A stretch of DNA of 64,000 bases, from assembly GCA_032718475.1 (NCBI GenBank), contig JAUCBJ010002587.1, positions 72,597 to 136,596 on the forward strand, given 5' to 3'. Source of the DNA: Nemertoderma westbladi (taxonomy: Eukaryota; Animalia; Xenacoelomorpha). The stretch's first letter is position 1; every line of letters starts with the position of its first letter. The translations under genes were made by a program, and so were the position numbers. Of the stretch, positions 1 through 15,900 are shown one piece after another. Under the pieces are notes generated by a model, which had not been told where the DNA came from, ran no database searches, and saw only the letters and a list, made by a program, of their open reading frames with translations.

Positions 1-3000
1 TTCTATGTGCGGGATATCAATATTATGGTTGCATACCGTTTCTATGTGCGGGATATCAATATTATGGTGGCATACCGTTTATGTGTGCGGGATATCAATA
101 TTATGGTTGCATACCGTTTCTATGTGCGGGATATCAATATTATGGTTGCATACCGTTTCTATGTGCGGGATATCAATATTATGGTAGCATACCATTTATG
201 TGTGCGGGATATCAATATTATGGTTGCATACCGTTTCTATGTGCGGGATATCAATATTATGGTTGCATACCGTTTATGTGTGCGGGATATCAATATTATG
301 GTTGCATACCGTTTCTATGTGCGGGATATCAATATTATGGTTGCATACCGTTTATGTGTGCGGGATATCAATATTATGGTGGCATACCGTTTATGTGTGC
401 GGGATATCAATATTATGGTTGCATACCGTTTATGTGTGCGGGATATCAATATTATGGTTGCATACCGTTTCTATGTGCGGGATATCATATTATGGTAGCA
501 TACCATTTATGTGTGCGGGATATCAATATTATGGTTGCATACCGTTTCTATGTGCGGGATATCAATATTATGGTTGCATACCGTTTATGTGTGCGGGATA
601 TCAATATTATGGTTGCATACCGTTTATGTGTGCGGGATATCAATATTATGGTTGCATACCGTTTATGTGTGCGGGATATCAATATTATGGTTGCATACCG
701 TTTCTATGTGCGGGATATCATATTATGGTAGCATACCATTTATGTGTGCGGGATATCAATATTATGGTTGCATACCGTTTCTATGTGCGGGATATCAATA
801 TTATGGTTGCATACCGTTTATGTGTGCGGGATATCAATATTATGGTTGCATACCGTTTCTATGTGCGGGATATCAATATTATGGTTGCATACCGTTTCTA
901 TATATCCGGGATATCAATATTATGGTGCATACCGTTTATGTGTGCGGGATATCAATATTATGGTTGCATACCGTTTCTATGTGCGGGATATCAATATTAT
1001 GGTTGCATACCGTTTATGTGTGCGGGATATCAATATTATGGTGGCATACCGTTTATAGTGTGCGGGATATCAATATTATGGTTGCATACCGTTTATGTGT
1101 GCGGGATATCAATATTATGGTTGCATACCGTTTCTATATATCCGGGATATCAATATTATGGTGGCATACCGTTATGTGTTCGGGTTATCAATATTATGGT
1201 TGCATACCGTTTCTATGTGCGGGATATCAATATTATGGTAGCATACCGTTTATGTGTGCGGGATATCAATATTATGGTTGCATACCGTTTCTATGTGCGG
1301 GATATCAATATTATGGTAGCATACCGTTTATGTGTGCGGGATATCAATATTATGGTTGCATACCGTTTCTATGTACGGGTTATTCTATTATGGTAGCATA
1401 CCAATTATGTGTGCGGGATATCAATATTATGGTTGCATACCGTTTCTATGTGCGGGATATCAATATTATGGTGGCATACCGTTATGTGTTCGGGTTATCA
1501 ATATTATGGTTGCATACCGTTTCTATGTGCGGGATATCAATATTATGGTAGCATACCGTTTATGTGTGCGGGATATCAATATTATGGTTGCATACCGTTT
1601 CTATGTGCGGGATATCAATATTATGGTAGCATACCGTTTATGTGTGCGGGATATCAATATTATGGTTGCATACCGTTTCTATGTACGGGTTATTTCTATT
1701 ATGGTAGCATACCAATTATGTGTGCGGGATATCAATATTATGGTTGCATACCGTTTCTATGTGCGGGATATCAATATTATGGTGGCATACCGTTATGTGT
1801 TCGGGTTATCAATATTATGGTTGCATACCGTTTCTATGTGCGGGTTATTACTATTATGGTAGCATACCAATTATGTGTGCGGGATATCAATATTATGGTT
1901 GCATACCGTTTCTATGTGCGGGATATCAATATTATGGTTGCATACCGTTTATGTGTGCGGGATATCAATATTATGGTTGCATACCGTTTCTAAGAGCGGG
2001 ATATCAATATTATGGTGGCATACCGTTTATATATGTGTGCGGGACATCAATATTATGGTAGCATACCGTTTATGTGTGCGGGATATCAATATTATGGTTG
2101 CATACCGTTTCTATATATCCGGGATATCAATATTATGGTGGCATACCGTTATGTGTTCGGGTTATCAATATTATGGTTGCATACCGTTTCTATGTGCGGG
2201 ATATTACTATTATGGTAGCATACCGTTTCTATGTGCGGGATATCAATATTATGGTTGCATACCGTTTATGTGTGCGGGATATCAATATTATGGTTGCATA
2301 CCGTTTCTATGTACGGGTTATTTCTATTATGGTAGCATACCAATTATGTGTGCGGGATATCAATATTATGGTTGCATACCGTTTCTATGTGCGGGATATC
2401 AATATTATGGTGGCATACCGTTATGTGTTCGGGTTATCAATATTATGGTTGCATACCGTTTCTATGTACGGGTTATTACTATTATGGTAGCATACCAATT
2501 ATGTGTGCGGGATATCAATATTATGGTTGCATACCGTTTCTATGTGCGGGATATCAATATTATGGTAGCATACCGTTTATGTGTGCGGGATATCAATATT
2601 ATGGTTGCATACCGTTTCTAAGTGCGGGATATCAATATTATGGTGGCATACCGTTTATAGTGTGCGGGATATCAATATTATGGTAGCATACCGTTTATGT
2701 GTGCGGGATATCAATATTATGGTTGCATACCGTTTCTATATATCCGGGATATCAATATTATGGTGGCATACCGTTATGTGTTCGGGATATCAATATTATG
2801 GTTGCATACCGTTTCTATGTGCGGGATATCAATATTATGGTGGCATACCGTTTCTATGTGCGGGATATCAATATTATGGTTGCATACCGTTTATGTGTGC
2901 GGGATATCAATATTATGGTTGCATACCGTTTCTATGTGCGGGATATCAATATTATGGTGGCATACCGTTTCTATGTGCGGGATATCAATATTATGGTTGC

Positions 3001-6000
3001 ATACCGTTTATGTGTGCGGGATATCAATATTATGGTTGCATACCGTTTCTATGTACGGGTTATTACTATTATGGTAGCATACCAATTATGTGTGCGGGAT
3101 ATCAATCTTATGGTTGCATACCGTTTCTTATGTGCGGGATATCAATATTATGGTGGCATACCGTTATGTGTTCGGGTTATCAATATTATGGTTGCATACC
3201 GTTTCTATGTACGGGTTATTGCTATTATGGTAGCATACCAATTATGTGTGCGGGATATCAATATTATGGTTGCATACCGTTTCTATGTGCGGGATATCAA
3301 TATTATGGTAGCATACCGTTTATGTGTGCGGGATATCAATATTATGGTTGCATACCGTTTCTATGTGCGGGATATCAATATTATGGTAGCATACCGTTTA
3401 TGTGTGCGGGATATCAATATTATGGTTGCATACCGTTTATGTGTGCGGGATATCAATATTATGGTTGCATACCGTTTATGTGTGCGGGATATCAATATTA
3501 TGGTTGCATACCGTTTCTATGTGCGGGATATCAATATTATGGTTGCATACCGTTTCTATATATCCGGGATATCAATATTATGGTTGCATACCGTTTCTAT
3601 ATATCCGGGATATCAATATTATGGTGGCATACCGTTATGTGTTCGGGTTATCAATATTATGGTTGCATACCGTTTCTATGTGCGGGATATCAATATTATG
3701 GTTGCATACCGTTTCTATGTGCGGGATATCAATATTATGGTTGCATACCGTTTCTATATGTGCGGGATATCAATATTATGGTTGCATACCGTTTCTATGT
3801 ATCCGGGATATCAATATTATGGTGGCATACCGTTTCTATATATCCGGGATATCAATATTATGGTGGCATACCGTTTATGTGTTCGGGTTATCAATATTAT
3901 GGTTGCATACCGTTTCTATGTGCGGGATATCAATATTATGGTTGCATACCGTTTCTATATATCCGGGATATCAATATTATGGTGGCATACCGTTATGTGT
4001 TCGGGTTATCAATATTATGGTTGCATACCGTTTCTATATATCCGGGATATCAATATTATGGTTGCATACCGTTTCTATATATCCGGGATATCAATATTAT
4101 GGTTGCATACCGTTTCTATATATCCGGGATATCAATATTATGGTTGCATACCGTTTCTATATATCCGGGATATCAATATTATGGTTGCATACCGTTTCTA
4201 TATATCCGGGATATCAATATTATGGTTGCATACCGTTTCTATATATCCGGGATATCAATATTATGGTTGCATACCGTTTCTATATATCCGGGATATCAAT
4301 ATTATGGTGGCATACCGTTATGTGTTCGGGTTATCAATATTATGGTTGCATACCGTTTCTATGTGCGGGATATCAATATTATGGTTGCATACCGTTTCTA
4401 TATATCCGGGATATCAATATTATGGTGGCATACCGTTATGTGTTCGGGTTATCAATATTATGGTTGCATACCGTTTCTATGTGCGGTATATCAATATTAT
4501 GGTTGCATACCGTTTCTATGTGCGGGATATCAATATTATGGTTGCATACCGTTTCTATGTGCGGGATATCAATATTATGGTTGCATACCGTTTCTATGTA
4601 CGGGTTATTACTATTATGGTAGCATACTAATTATGTGTGCGGGATATCAATATTATGGTTGCATACCGTTTCTATGTGCGGGATATCAATATTATGGTTG
4701 CATACCGTTTATGTGTGCGGGATATCAATATTATGGTTGCATACCGTTTCTATGTGCGGGATATCAATATTATGGTTGCATACCGTTTCTATGTGCGGGA
4801 TATCAATATTATGGTTGCATACCGTTTATGTGTGCGGGATATCAATATTATGGTTGCATACCGTTTCTATGTGCGGGATATCAATATTATGGTTGCATAC
4901 CGTTTCTATATATCCGGGATATCAATATTATGGTTGCATACCGTTTCTATGTGCGGGATATCAATATTATGGTTGCATACCGTTTATGTGTGCGGGATAT
5001 CAATATTATGGTTGCATACCGTTTCTATGTGCGGGATATCAATATTATGGTTGCATACCGTTTCTATATATCCGGGATATCAATATTATGGTTGCATACC
5101 GTTTCTATGTGCGGGATATCAATATTATGGTTGCATACCGTTTATGTGTGCGGGATATCAATATTATGGTTGCATACCGTTTCTATGTGCGGGATATCAA
5201 TATTATGGTTGCATACCGTTTCTATATATCCGGGATATCAATATTATGGTGGCATACCGTTATGTGTTCGGGTTATCAATATTATGGTTGCATACCGTTT
5301 CTATGTGCGGGATATCAATATTATGGTTGCATACCGTTTCTATGTGCGGGATATCAATATTATGGTTGCATACCGTTTCTATGTGCGGGATATCAATATT
5401 ATGGTTGCATACCGTTTCTATATATCCGGGATATCAATATTATGGTTGCATACCGTTTCTATATATCCGGGATATCAATATTATGGTGGCATACCGTTAT
5501 GTGTTCGGGTTATCAATATTATGGTTGCATACCGTTTCTATGTGCGGGATATCAATATTATGGTTGCATACCGTTTCTATGTGCGGGATATCAATATTAT
5601 GGTTGCATACCGTTTCTATATATCCGGGATATCAATATTATGGTTGCATACCGTTTCTATGTGCGGGATATCAATATTATGGTTGCATACCGTTTCTATA
5701 TATCCGGGATATCAATATTATGGTTGCATACCGTTTCTATATATCCGGGATATCAATATTATGGTGGCATACCGTTATGTGTTCGGGTTATCAATATTAT
5801 GGTTGCATACCGTTTCTATGTGCGGGATATCAATATTATGGTTGCATACCGTTTCTATATATCCGGGATATCAATATTATGGTGGCATACCGTTATGTGT
5901 TCGGGTTATCAATATTATGGTTGCATACCGTTTCTATGTGCGGGATATCAATATTATGGTTGCATACCGTTTCTATATATCCGGGATATCAATATTATGG

Positions 6001-9000
6001 TTGCATACCGTTTCTATATATCCGGGATATCAATATTATGGTGGCATACCGTTATGTGTTCGGGTTATCAATATTATGGTTGCATACCGTTTCTATGTGC
6101 GGGATATCAATATTATGGTTGCATACCGTTTCTATGTGCGGGATATCAATATTATGGTTGCATACCGTTTCTATATATCCGGGATATCAATATTATGGTT
6201 GCATACCGTTTCTATGTGCGGGATATCAATATTATGGTTGCATACCGTTTCTATATATCCGGGATATCAATATTATGGTTGCATACCGTTTCTATATATC
6301 CGGGATATCAATATTATGGTGGCATACCGTTATGTGTTCGGGTTATCAATATTATGGTTGCATACCGTTTCTATGTGCGGGATATCAATATTATGGTTGC
6401 ATACCGTTTCTATGTGCGGGATATCAATATTATGGTTGCATACCGTTTCTATATATCCGGGATATCAATATTATGGTTGCATACCGTTTCTATATATCCG
6501 GGATATCAATATTATGGTGGCATACCGTTATGTGTTCGGGTTATCAATATTATGGTTGCATACCGTTTCTATGTGCGGGATATCAATATTATGGTTGCAT
6601 ACCGTTTCTATGTGCGGGATATCAATATTATGGTTGCATACCGTTTCTATGTGCGGGATATCAATATTATGGTTGCATACCGTTTCTATGTGCGGGATAT
6701 CAATATTATGGTTGCATACCGTTTCTATGTGCGGGATATCAATATTATGGTTGCATACCGTTTCTATGTGCGGGATATCAATATTATGGTTGCATACCGT
6801 TTCTATGTGCGGGATATCAATATTATGGTTGCATACCGTTTCTATGTGCGGGATATCAATATTATGGTTGCATACCGTTTCTATGTGCGGGATATCAATA
6901 TTATGGTTGCATACCGTTTCTATGTGCGGGATATCAATATTATGGTTGCATACCGTTTCTATGTGCGGGATATCAATATTATGGTTGCATACCGTTTCTA
7001 TGTGCGGGATATCAATATTATGGTTGCATACCGTTTCTATATATCCGGGATATCAATATTATGGTTGCATACCGTTTCTATGTGCGGGATATCAATATTA
7101 TGGTTGCATACCGTTTCTATGTGCGGGATATCAATATTATGGTTGCATACCGTTTCTATATATCCGGGATATCAATATTATGGTTGCATACCGTTTCTAT
7201 GTGCGGGATATCAATATTATGGTTGCATACCGTTTCTATATATCCGGGATATCAATATTATGGTTGCATACCGTTTCTATATATCCGGGATATCAATATT
7301 ATGGTGGCATACCGTTATGTGTTCGGGTTATCAATATTATGGTTGCATACCGTTTCTATGTGCGGGATATCAATATTATGGTTGCATACCGTTTCTATGT
7401 GCGGGATATCAATATTATGGTTGCATACCGTTTCTATATATCCGGGATATCAATATTATGGTTGCATACCGTTTCTATATATCCGGGATATCAATATTAT
7501 GGTGGCATACCGTTATGTGTTCGGGTTATCAATATTATGGTTGCATACCGTTTCTATGTGCGGGATATCAATATTATGGTTGCATACCGTTTCTATGTGC
7601 GGGATATCAATATTATGGTTGCATACCGTTTCTATGTGCGGGATATCAATATGGTAGCATACCAATTATGTGTGCGGGATATCAATATTATGGTTGCATA
7701 CCGTTTCTATGTGCGGGATATCAATATTATGGTTGCATACCGTTTCTATGTGCGGGATATCAACATTATGGTTGCATACCGTTTCTATGTACGGGTTATT
7801 ACTATTATGGTAGCATACTAATTATGTGTGCGGGATATCAATATTATGGTTGCATACCGTTTCTATGTGCGGGATATCAACATTATGGTTGCATACCGTT
7901 TATGTGTGCGGGATATCAATATTATGGTGGCATACCGTTTATGTGTGCGGGATATCAATATTATGGTGGCATACCGTTTCTATGTACGGGTTATTACTAT
8001 TATGGTAGCATACTAATTATGTGTGCGGGATATCAATATTATGGTTGCATACCGTTTCTAAGAGCGGGATATCAACATTATGGTAGCATACCGTTTATGT
8101 GTGCGGGATATCAATATTATGGTGGCATACCGTTTCTATGTACGGGTTATTACTATTATGGTAGCATACTAATTATGTGTGCGGGATATCAATATTATGG
8201 TTGCATACCGTTTCTATGTGTGGGATATCAATATTATGGTTGCATACCGTTTCTATGTGCGGGATATCAACATTATGGTTGCATACCGTTTCTATGTGCG
8301 GGATATCAATATTATTGTTGCATACCATTTATGTGTGCGGGATATCAATATTATGGTTGCATACCGTTTCTATGTGCGGGATATCAACATTATGGTTGCA
8401 TACCGTTTCTATGTACGGGTTATTACTATTATGGTAGCATACTAATTATGTGTGCGGGATATCAATATTATGGTTGCATACCGTTTCTATGTGCGGGATA
8501 TCAACATTATGGTTGCATACCGTTTCTATGTGCGGGATATCAACATTATGGTTGCATACCGTTTCTATGTACGGGTTATTACTATTATGGTAGCATACTA
8601 ATTATGTGTGCGGGATATCAATATTATGGTTGCATACCGTTTCTATGTGCGGGATATCAATATTATGGTTGCATACCGTTTCTATGTGCGGGATATCAAT
8701 ATTATGGTAGCATACCGTTTATGTGTGCGGGATATCAATATTATGGTTGCATACCGTTTCTATGTGCGGGATATCAATATTATGGTTGCATACCGTTTCT
8801 ATGTGCGGGATATCAATATTATGGTAGCATACCGTTTATGTGTGCGGGATATCAATATTATGGTTGCATACCGTTTCTAAGAGCGGGATATCAATATTAT
8901 GGTGGCATACCGTTTATGTGTGCGGGATATCAATATTATGGTTGCATACCGTTTCTAAGAGCGGGATATCAATATTATGGTGGCATACCGTTTATGTGAG

Positions 9001-10965
9001 CGGGATATCAATATTATGGTGGCATACCGTTTATGTGAGCGGGATATCAATATTATGGTTGCATACCGTTTCTATGTGCGGGATATCAACATTATGGTTG
9101 CATACCGTTTCTATGTACGGGTTATTACTATTATGGTAGCATACTAATTATGTGTGCGGGATATCAATATTATGGTTGCATACCGTTTCTATGTGCGGGA
9201 TATCAATATTATGGTTGCATACCGTTTCTATGTGCGGGATATCAATATTATGGTGGCATACCGTTTATGTGAGCGGGATATCAATATTATGGTGGCATAC
9301 CGTTTATGTGAGCGGGATATCAATATTATGGTTGCATACCGTTTCTATGTGCGGGATATCAACATTATGGTTGCATACCGTTTCTATGTACGGGTTATTA
9401 CTATTATGGTAGCATACTAATTATGTGTGCGGGATATCAATATTATGGTTGCATACCGTTTCTATGTGCGGGATATCAACATTATGGTTGCATACCGTTT
9501 CTATGTACGGGTTATTACTATTATGGTAGCATACTAATTATGTGTGCGGGATATCAATATTATGGTTGCATACCGTTTCTAAGAGCGGGATATCAATATT
9601 ATGGTTGCATACCGTTTCTATGTGCGGGATATCAACATTATGGTTGCATACCGTTTCTATGTACGGGTTATTACTATTATGGTAGCATACTAATTATGTG
9701 TGCGGGATATCAATATTATGGTTGCATACCGTTTCTATGTGCGGGATATCAACATTATGGTTGCATACCGTTTCTATGTACGGGTTATTACTATTATGGT
9801 AGCATACTAATTATGTGTGCGGGATATCAATATTATGGTTGCATACCGTTTCTATGTGCGGGATATCAACATTATGGTTGCATACCGTTTCTATGTACGG
9901 GTTATTACTATTATGGTAGCATACTAATTATGTGTGCGGGATATCAATATTATGGTTGCATACCGTTTCTAAGAGCGGGATATCAATATTATGGTTGCAT
10001 ACCGTTTCTATGTGCGGGATATCAACATTATGGTTGCATACCGTTTCTATGTACGGGTTATTACTATTATGGTAGCATACTAATTATGTGAGCGGGATAT
10101 CAATATTATGGTTGCATACCGTTTCTATGTGCGGGATATCAATATTATGGTTGCATACCGTTTCTATGTACGGGTTATTACTATTATGGTAGCATACTAA
10201 TTATGTGTGCGGGATATCAATATTATGGTTGCATACCGTTTCTATGTGCGGGATATCAATATTATGGTTGCATACCGTTTCTATGTACGGGTTATTACTA
10301 TTATGGTAGCATACTAATTATGTGTGCGGGATATCAATATTATGGTTGCATACCGTTTCTATGTGCGGGATATCAATATTATGGTGGCATACCGTTTATG
10401 TGAGCGGGATATCAATATTATGGTTGCATACCGTTTCTATGTGCGGGATATCAATATTATGGTTGCATACCGTTTCTATGTGCGGGATATCAATATTATG
10501 GTTGCATACCGTTTCTATGTGCGGGATATCAATATTATGGTTGCATACCGTTTCTATGTGCGGGATATCAATATTATGGTAGCATACCGTTTATGTGTGC
10601 GGGATATCAATATTATGGTTGCATACCGTTTCTATGTGCGGGATATCAATATTATGGTTGCATACCGTTTCTATGTGCGGGATATCAATATTATGGTAGC
10701 ATACCGTTTCTGTGTGCGGGATATCAATATTATGGTTGCATACCGTTTCTATGTGCGGGATATCAATATTATGGTGGCATACCGTTTATGTGTGCGGGAT
10801 ATCAATATTATGGTTGCATACCGTTTCTATGTGCGGGATATCAATATTATGGTTGCATACCGTTTCTGTGTGCGGGATATCAATATTATGGTTGCATACC
10901 GTTTCTATGTGCGGGATATCAATATTACGGTAGCACACCTTTTCTGTGTGCGGGATATCAATATT
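1..10965. repeat. 39-bp tandem satellite (~280 copies, runs off the left edge), consensus TTCTATGTGCGGGATATCAATATTATGGTTGCATACCGT
   Basis: Unit read directly; 38- and 40-bp variants (ttatgtgttcgggtt, ttctatatatccggg) shift the frames of the repetitive ORFs. Confidence 0.98.
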
Positions 10966-12165
10966 GTACGTAAAAAACCATACGCTGTGTTGTTGAGGGC
11001 AAAATGTCCGGAAATGCACTGTGTAATTTGTTGAAGGCTCCTCCCATTTCGTTTTTATAATCCTATGAGCTGATGTTTCGTATATATCTAGCGCGGGATG
11101 CGTCTTCGAGAGAACACTGGCTCATGCAACGTTTGTTAATTAAGCTATACTGTTAGAAATGGTTAACAGGCTTGTCTACTAGAAACCGATGACCGAAGGC
11201 CACGGGCTTCTAATTTGATACATATAAATCAAATTATTCGTCGCTCATTCGAGTCATTTCCATTGTATATTCATAACGTTTGTAATTGGTTCGCCAAGAC
11301 CAAAATGTAATGTATGAATTGTATTTTATAATGATTAAGATTTATACGAACTTGGCATAAAGATTATTTTTAAATCTGATATCTAAACTTATAAAAGTTA
11401 CAAATTTGTTTAAAAATAGTTATTTTTATGTTACGCAGTATTATCTGGCTATTCTCTTACTTTTCATTAATTTCTTTTTTTGCTCTATCTATTACTCGCA
11501 CAATATAATAATTTATTTAATATAATATATTTAATTAATAAATAATCACTTTTTGCACAATTTTTTATCACTGAATTGAGTTCCTCGTAACAGTAATTAA
11601 GTTAATTTTGATTTAGCAGCTGGTGCCTTTAAGATCAAAATTAGTTTAATCAATTAATTTTAGTTACATTAATTGTTTATTTAATATTAAATTCATCTGC
11701 TCTTTTCCGTTAATTTGTAACAATACCGTTTATTATTTTGGTTCGAAAACCTAACCTTTTGTAACATGCCTCGCTCCCTTCCCTTACTTCAATTAATACT
11801 GGTATGTGGTTTCATGCGCCATTGGAAATTGTAAATTTATTTTTATAAAAAGGCTATTTAATTTTTGCATATTGGTCCATCACGTCATCACTGTTCCGTC
11901 CGCATTCAGGTCACTTTTCGCTGCATTAATAATTAAAAGAAGTAAAAATTTTAAAATTCTGATTTGCGACTTAGATGGAATGATTCCATGAAATTATAGA
12001 AATAATTAAAAGGAATTTATTTTTTACCGTATATTTTTTACTTTATTTTATTATTATTATTTAATTACAAAATGTATCTATATTAAACTGATTTAACTAA
12101 ATTTCTCGTTTTCTACTAATAAATAAATAAACAGACGCCGCTGAGGCAACAAAACGTCTACATAA

Positions 12166-12510
12166 ATGAGTTCCCATAGCAATAGGAGCGATATTTTCCG
12201 TGTATTCCTGTATCAATGGAATCAGACAACAGCTGCAGCTGATATCTTAACCACAACGGGATTACCTCACCAGGTTGTTCCACCCACAGTCTACTTCCAC
12301 TACGTTAATTTCTTCGTCCTCGGACTAGTGCTACTGTTGCTGATCGTCGGATTCAGTGTGCTCGGAAAAATATTTCGGCTTTATCGGCGTCGTTCATTGA
12401 GAAATCAAGACGTATGGGTAACCATAGAGATGGTGGCCCCATCTAGTTCGATCTACAACCGGGACCGTAACTCTATGCGATGTACTGACGTCATAATGGT
12501 TAATGGATAG
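12166..12510 (+). CDS. Putative small single-pass membrane protein (114 aa), unknown function
   Basis: ATG-initiated ORF, more GC-rich than its AT-rich flanks; hydrophobic stretch FFVLGLVLLLLIVGFSVLG followed by basic KIFRLYRRR; upstream branch-point-like TACTAAT (~12114) and CAG acceptor (12132-12134). No family recognised. Confidence 0.4.
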   Translation: MSSHSNRSDIFRVFLYQWNQTTAAADILTTTGLPHQVVPPTVYFHYVNFFVLGLVLLLLIVGFSVLGKIFRLYRRRSLRNQDVWVTIEMVAPSSSIYNRDRNSMRCTDVIMVNG

Positions 12511-12561
12511 CGGAATACTCTATGCGATGTACTGACGTCATAATGGTTAATGGATAGCGGA
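12470..12561 (+). repeat. Two-copy 47-bp direct repeat spanning the stop codon of the small ORF
   Basis: ACTCTATGCGATGTACTGACGTCATAATGGTTAATGGATAGCGGA starts at 12470 and again at 12517. Confidence 0.9.
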
Positions 12562-12935
12562 TTAACTGCTTACGTTGTCGTTGTGTCTGAGTTTCTGTTT
12601 ATTTTTGTGGAGTTGAATGTTTCAGCATAAAGGAATATCAATATTTTGTATGCTGATTGTATGTATACGTGCAAGGCGCATCGTTGTCTTTTTCTTTACG
12701 GTTTAGTTGAATTGAGTGCGACCAATTTCATAAATTTTGATGATTATAAAAAAAAGAAATTAATGAAAAATTGTTCAATCAGTGAAAAAAAGAAACGAAA
12801 TAATATAATTTTAGCAGAAAGGTTTTCATCTCGGTTAATAAAAAATAGATATTAAAGGCAACGAAAGCCCTGCCAGGTTGTTTGAGAGTTTCTGTGTAAG
12901 GGATAGCATTATAATTATGTTTTGTGTTTTCTATA

Positions 12936-15900
12936 TGCACTTTACTACGGTCTGCTATTAATTGGTTTGTAGTTGACCTTTGTACTTTACTACGGTCTGC
13001 TATTAATTGGTTTGTAGTTGACCTTTGCACTTTACGACGGTCTGCTATTAATGGGTTTGTAGTTGACCTTTGCACTTTACTACGGTCTGCTATTAATTGG
13101 TTTGTAGTTGACCTTTGCACTTTACGACGGTCTGCTATTAATTGGTTTGTAGTTGACCTTTGTACTTTACGACGGTCTGCTATTAATTGGTTTGTAGTTG
13201 ACCTTTGCACTTTACGACGGTCTGCTATTAATGGGTTTGTAGTTGACCTTTGCACTTTACGACGGTCTGCTATTAATGGGTTTGTAGTTGACCTTTGCAC
13301 TTTACTACGGTCTGCTATTAATTGGTTTGTAGTTGACCTTTGCACTTTACGTCAGTCTGCTATTAATTGGTTTGTAGTTGACCTTTGCACTTTACGACGG
13401 TCTGCTATTAATTGGTTTGTAGTTGACCTTTGTACTTTACGACGGTCTGCTATTAATTGGTTTGTAGTTGACCTTTGCACTTTACGACGGTCTGCTATTA
13501 ATGGGTTTGTAGTTGACCTTTGCACTTTACGACGGTCTGCTATTAATGGGTTTGTAGTTGACCTTTGCACTTTACTACGGTCTGCTATTAATTGGTTTGT
13601 AGTTGACCTTTGCACTTTACGACGGTCTGCTATTAATTGGTTTGTAGTTGACCTTTGCACTTTACGACGGTCTGCTATTAATTGGTTTGTAGTTGACCTT
13701 TGGACTTTACGTCAGTCTGCTATTAATTGGTTTGTAGTTGACCTTTGTACTTTACGACGGTCTGCTATTAATTGGTTTGTAGTTGACCTTTGCACTTTAC
13801 TACGGTCTGCTATTAATTGGTTTGTAGTTGACCTTTGCACTTTACTACGGTCTGCTATTAATTGGTTTGTAGTTGACCTTTGCACTTTACTACGGTCTGC
13901 TATTAATTGGTTTGCAGTTGACCTTTGCACTTTACTACGGTCTGCTATTAATTGGTTTGTAGTTGACCTTTGTACTTTACGACGGTCTGCTATTAATTGG
14001 TTTGTAGTTAACCTTTGTACTTTACTACGGTCTGCTACTAATTGGTTTGTAGTTGACCTTTGCACTTTACGACGGTCTGCTATTAATTGGTTTGTAGTTG
14101 ACCTTTGCACTTTACTACGGTCTGCTATTAATTGGTTTGTAGTTGACCTTTGCACTTTACTACGGTCTGCTATTAATTGGTTTGTAGTTGACCTTTGCAC
14201 TTTACTACGGTCTGCTATTAATTGGTTTGTAGTTGACCTTTGCACCTTACTACGGTCTGCTATTAATTGGTTTCTAGTTGACCTTTGCACTTTACGACGG
14301 TCTGCTATTAATTGGTTTGTAGTTGACCTTTGCACTTTACTACGGTCTGCTATTAATTGGTTTGTAGTTGACCTTTGTACTTTACTACGGTCTGCTATTA
14401 ATTGGTTTGTAGTTGACCTTTGCACTTTACTACGGTCTGCTATTAATTGGTTTGTAGTTGACCTTTGCACTTTACTACGGTCTGCTATTAATTGGTTTGT
14501 AGTTGACCTTTGCACTTTACTACGGTCTGCTATTAATTGGTTTGTAGTTGACCTTTGTACTTTACTACGGTCTGCTATTAATTGGTTTGTAGTTGACCTT
14601 TGCACTTTACGACGGTCTGCTATTAATTGGTTTGTAGTTTACCTTTGTACTTTACGACGGTCTGCTATTAATTGGTTTGTAGTTGACCTTTGTACTTTAC
14701 TACGGTCTGCTATTAATTGGTTTGTAGTTGACCTTTGCACTTTACGACGGTCTGCTATTAATGGGTTTGTAGTTGACCTTTGTACTTTACTACGGTCTGC
14801 TATTAATTGGTTTGTAGTTTACCTTTGTACTTTACTACGGTCTGCTATTAATGGGTTTGTAGTTGACCTTTGTACTTTACTACGGTCTGCTATTAATTGG
14901 TTTGTAGTTGACCTTTGTACTTTACGACGGTCTGCTATTAATTGGTTTGTAGTTGACCTTTGCACTTTACTACGGTCTGCTATTAATTGGTTTGTAGTTG
15001 ACCTTTGTACTTTACTACGGTCTGCTATTAATTGGTTTGTAGTTGACCTTTGCACTTTACTACGGTCTGCTATTAATTGGTTTGTAGTTGACCTTTGCAC
15101 TTTACTACGGTCTGCTATTAATTGGTTTGTAGTTGACCTTTGCACTTTACTACGGTCTGCTATTAATTGGTTTGTAGTTGACCTTTGCACTTTACGACGG
15201 TCTACTATTAATTGGTTTGTAGTTGACCTTTGTACTTTACGACGGTCTGCTATTAATTGGTTTGTAGTTGACCTTTGTACTTTACGACGGTCTGCTATTA
15301 ATTGGTTTGTAGTTTACCTTTGTACTTTACTACGGTCTGCTATTAATTGGTTTGTAGTTGACCTTTGTACTTTACGACGGTCTGCTATTAATTGGTTTGT
15401 AGTTGACCTTTGTACTTTACGACGGTCTGCTATTAATTGGTTTGTAGTTTACCTTTGTACTTTACTACGGTCTGCTATTAATTGGTTTGTAGTTGACCTT
15501 TGTACTTTACGACGGTCTACTATTAATTGGTTTGTAGTTGACCTTTGCACTTTACTACGGTCTGCTATTAATTGGTTTGTAGTTGACCTTTGCACTTTAC
15601 TACGGTCTGCTATTAATTGGTTTGTAGTTGACCTTTGTTTGCACTTTACTACGGTCTGCTATTAATTGGTTCGTAGTTGACCTTTGTACTTTACTACGGT
15701 CTGCTATTTATTGGTTTGTAGTTGACCTTTGTACTTTACTACGGTCTGCTATTAATTGGTTTGTAGTTGACCTTTGTACTTTACTACGGTCTGCTATTAA
15801 TTGGTTTGTAGTTGACCTTTGTACTTTACTACGGTCTGCTATTAATTGGTTTGTAGTTGACCTTTGTACTTTACTACGGTCTGCTATTAATTGGTTTGTA

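Noticed and set aside
5-11034. Many overlapping repetitive ORFs in all three plus frames
   Set aside because: Translations of the 39-bp satellite that shift frame freely with 38/40-bp variants.
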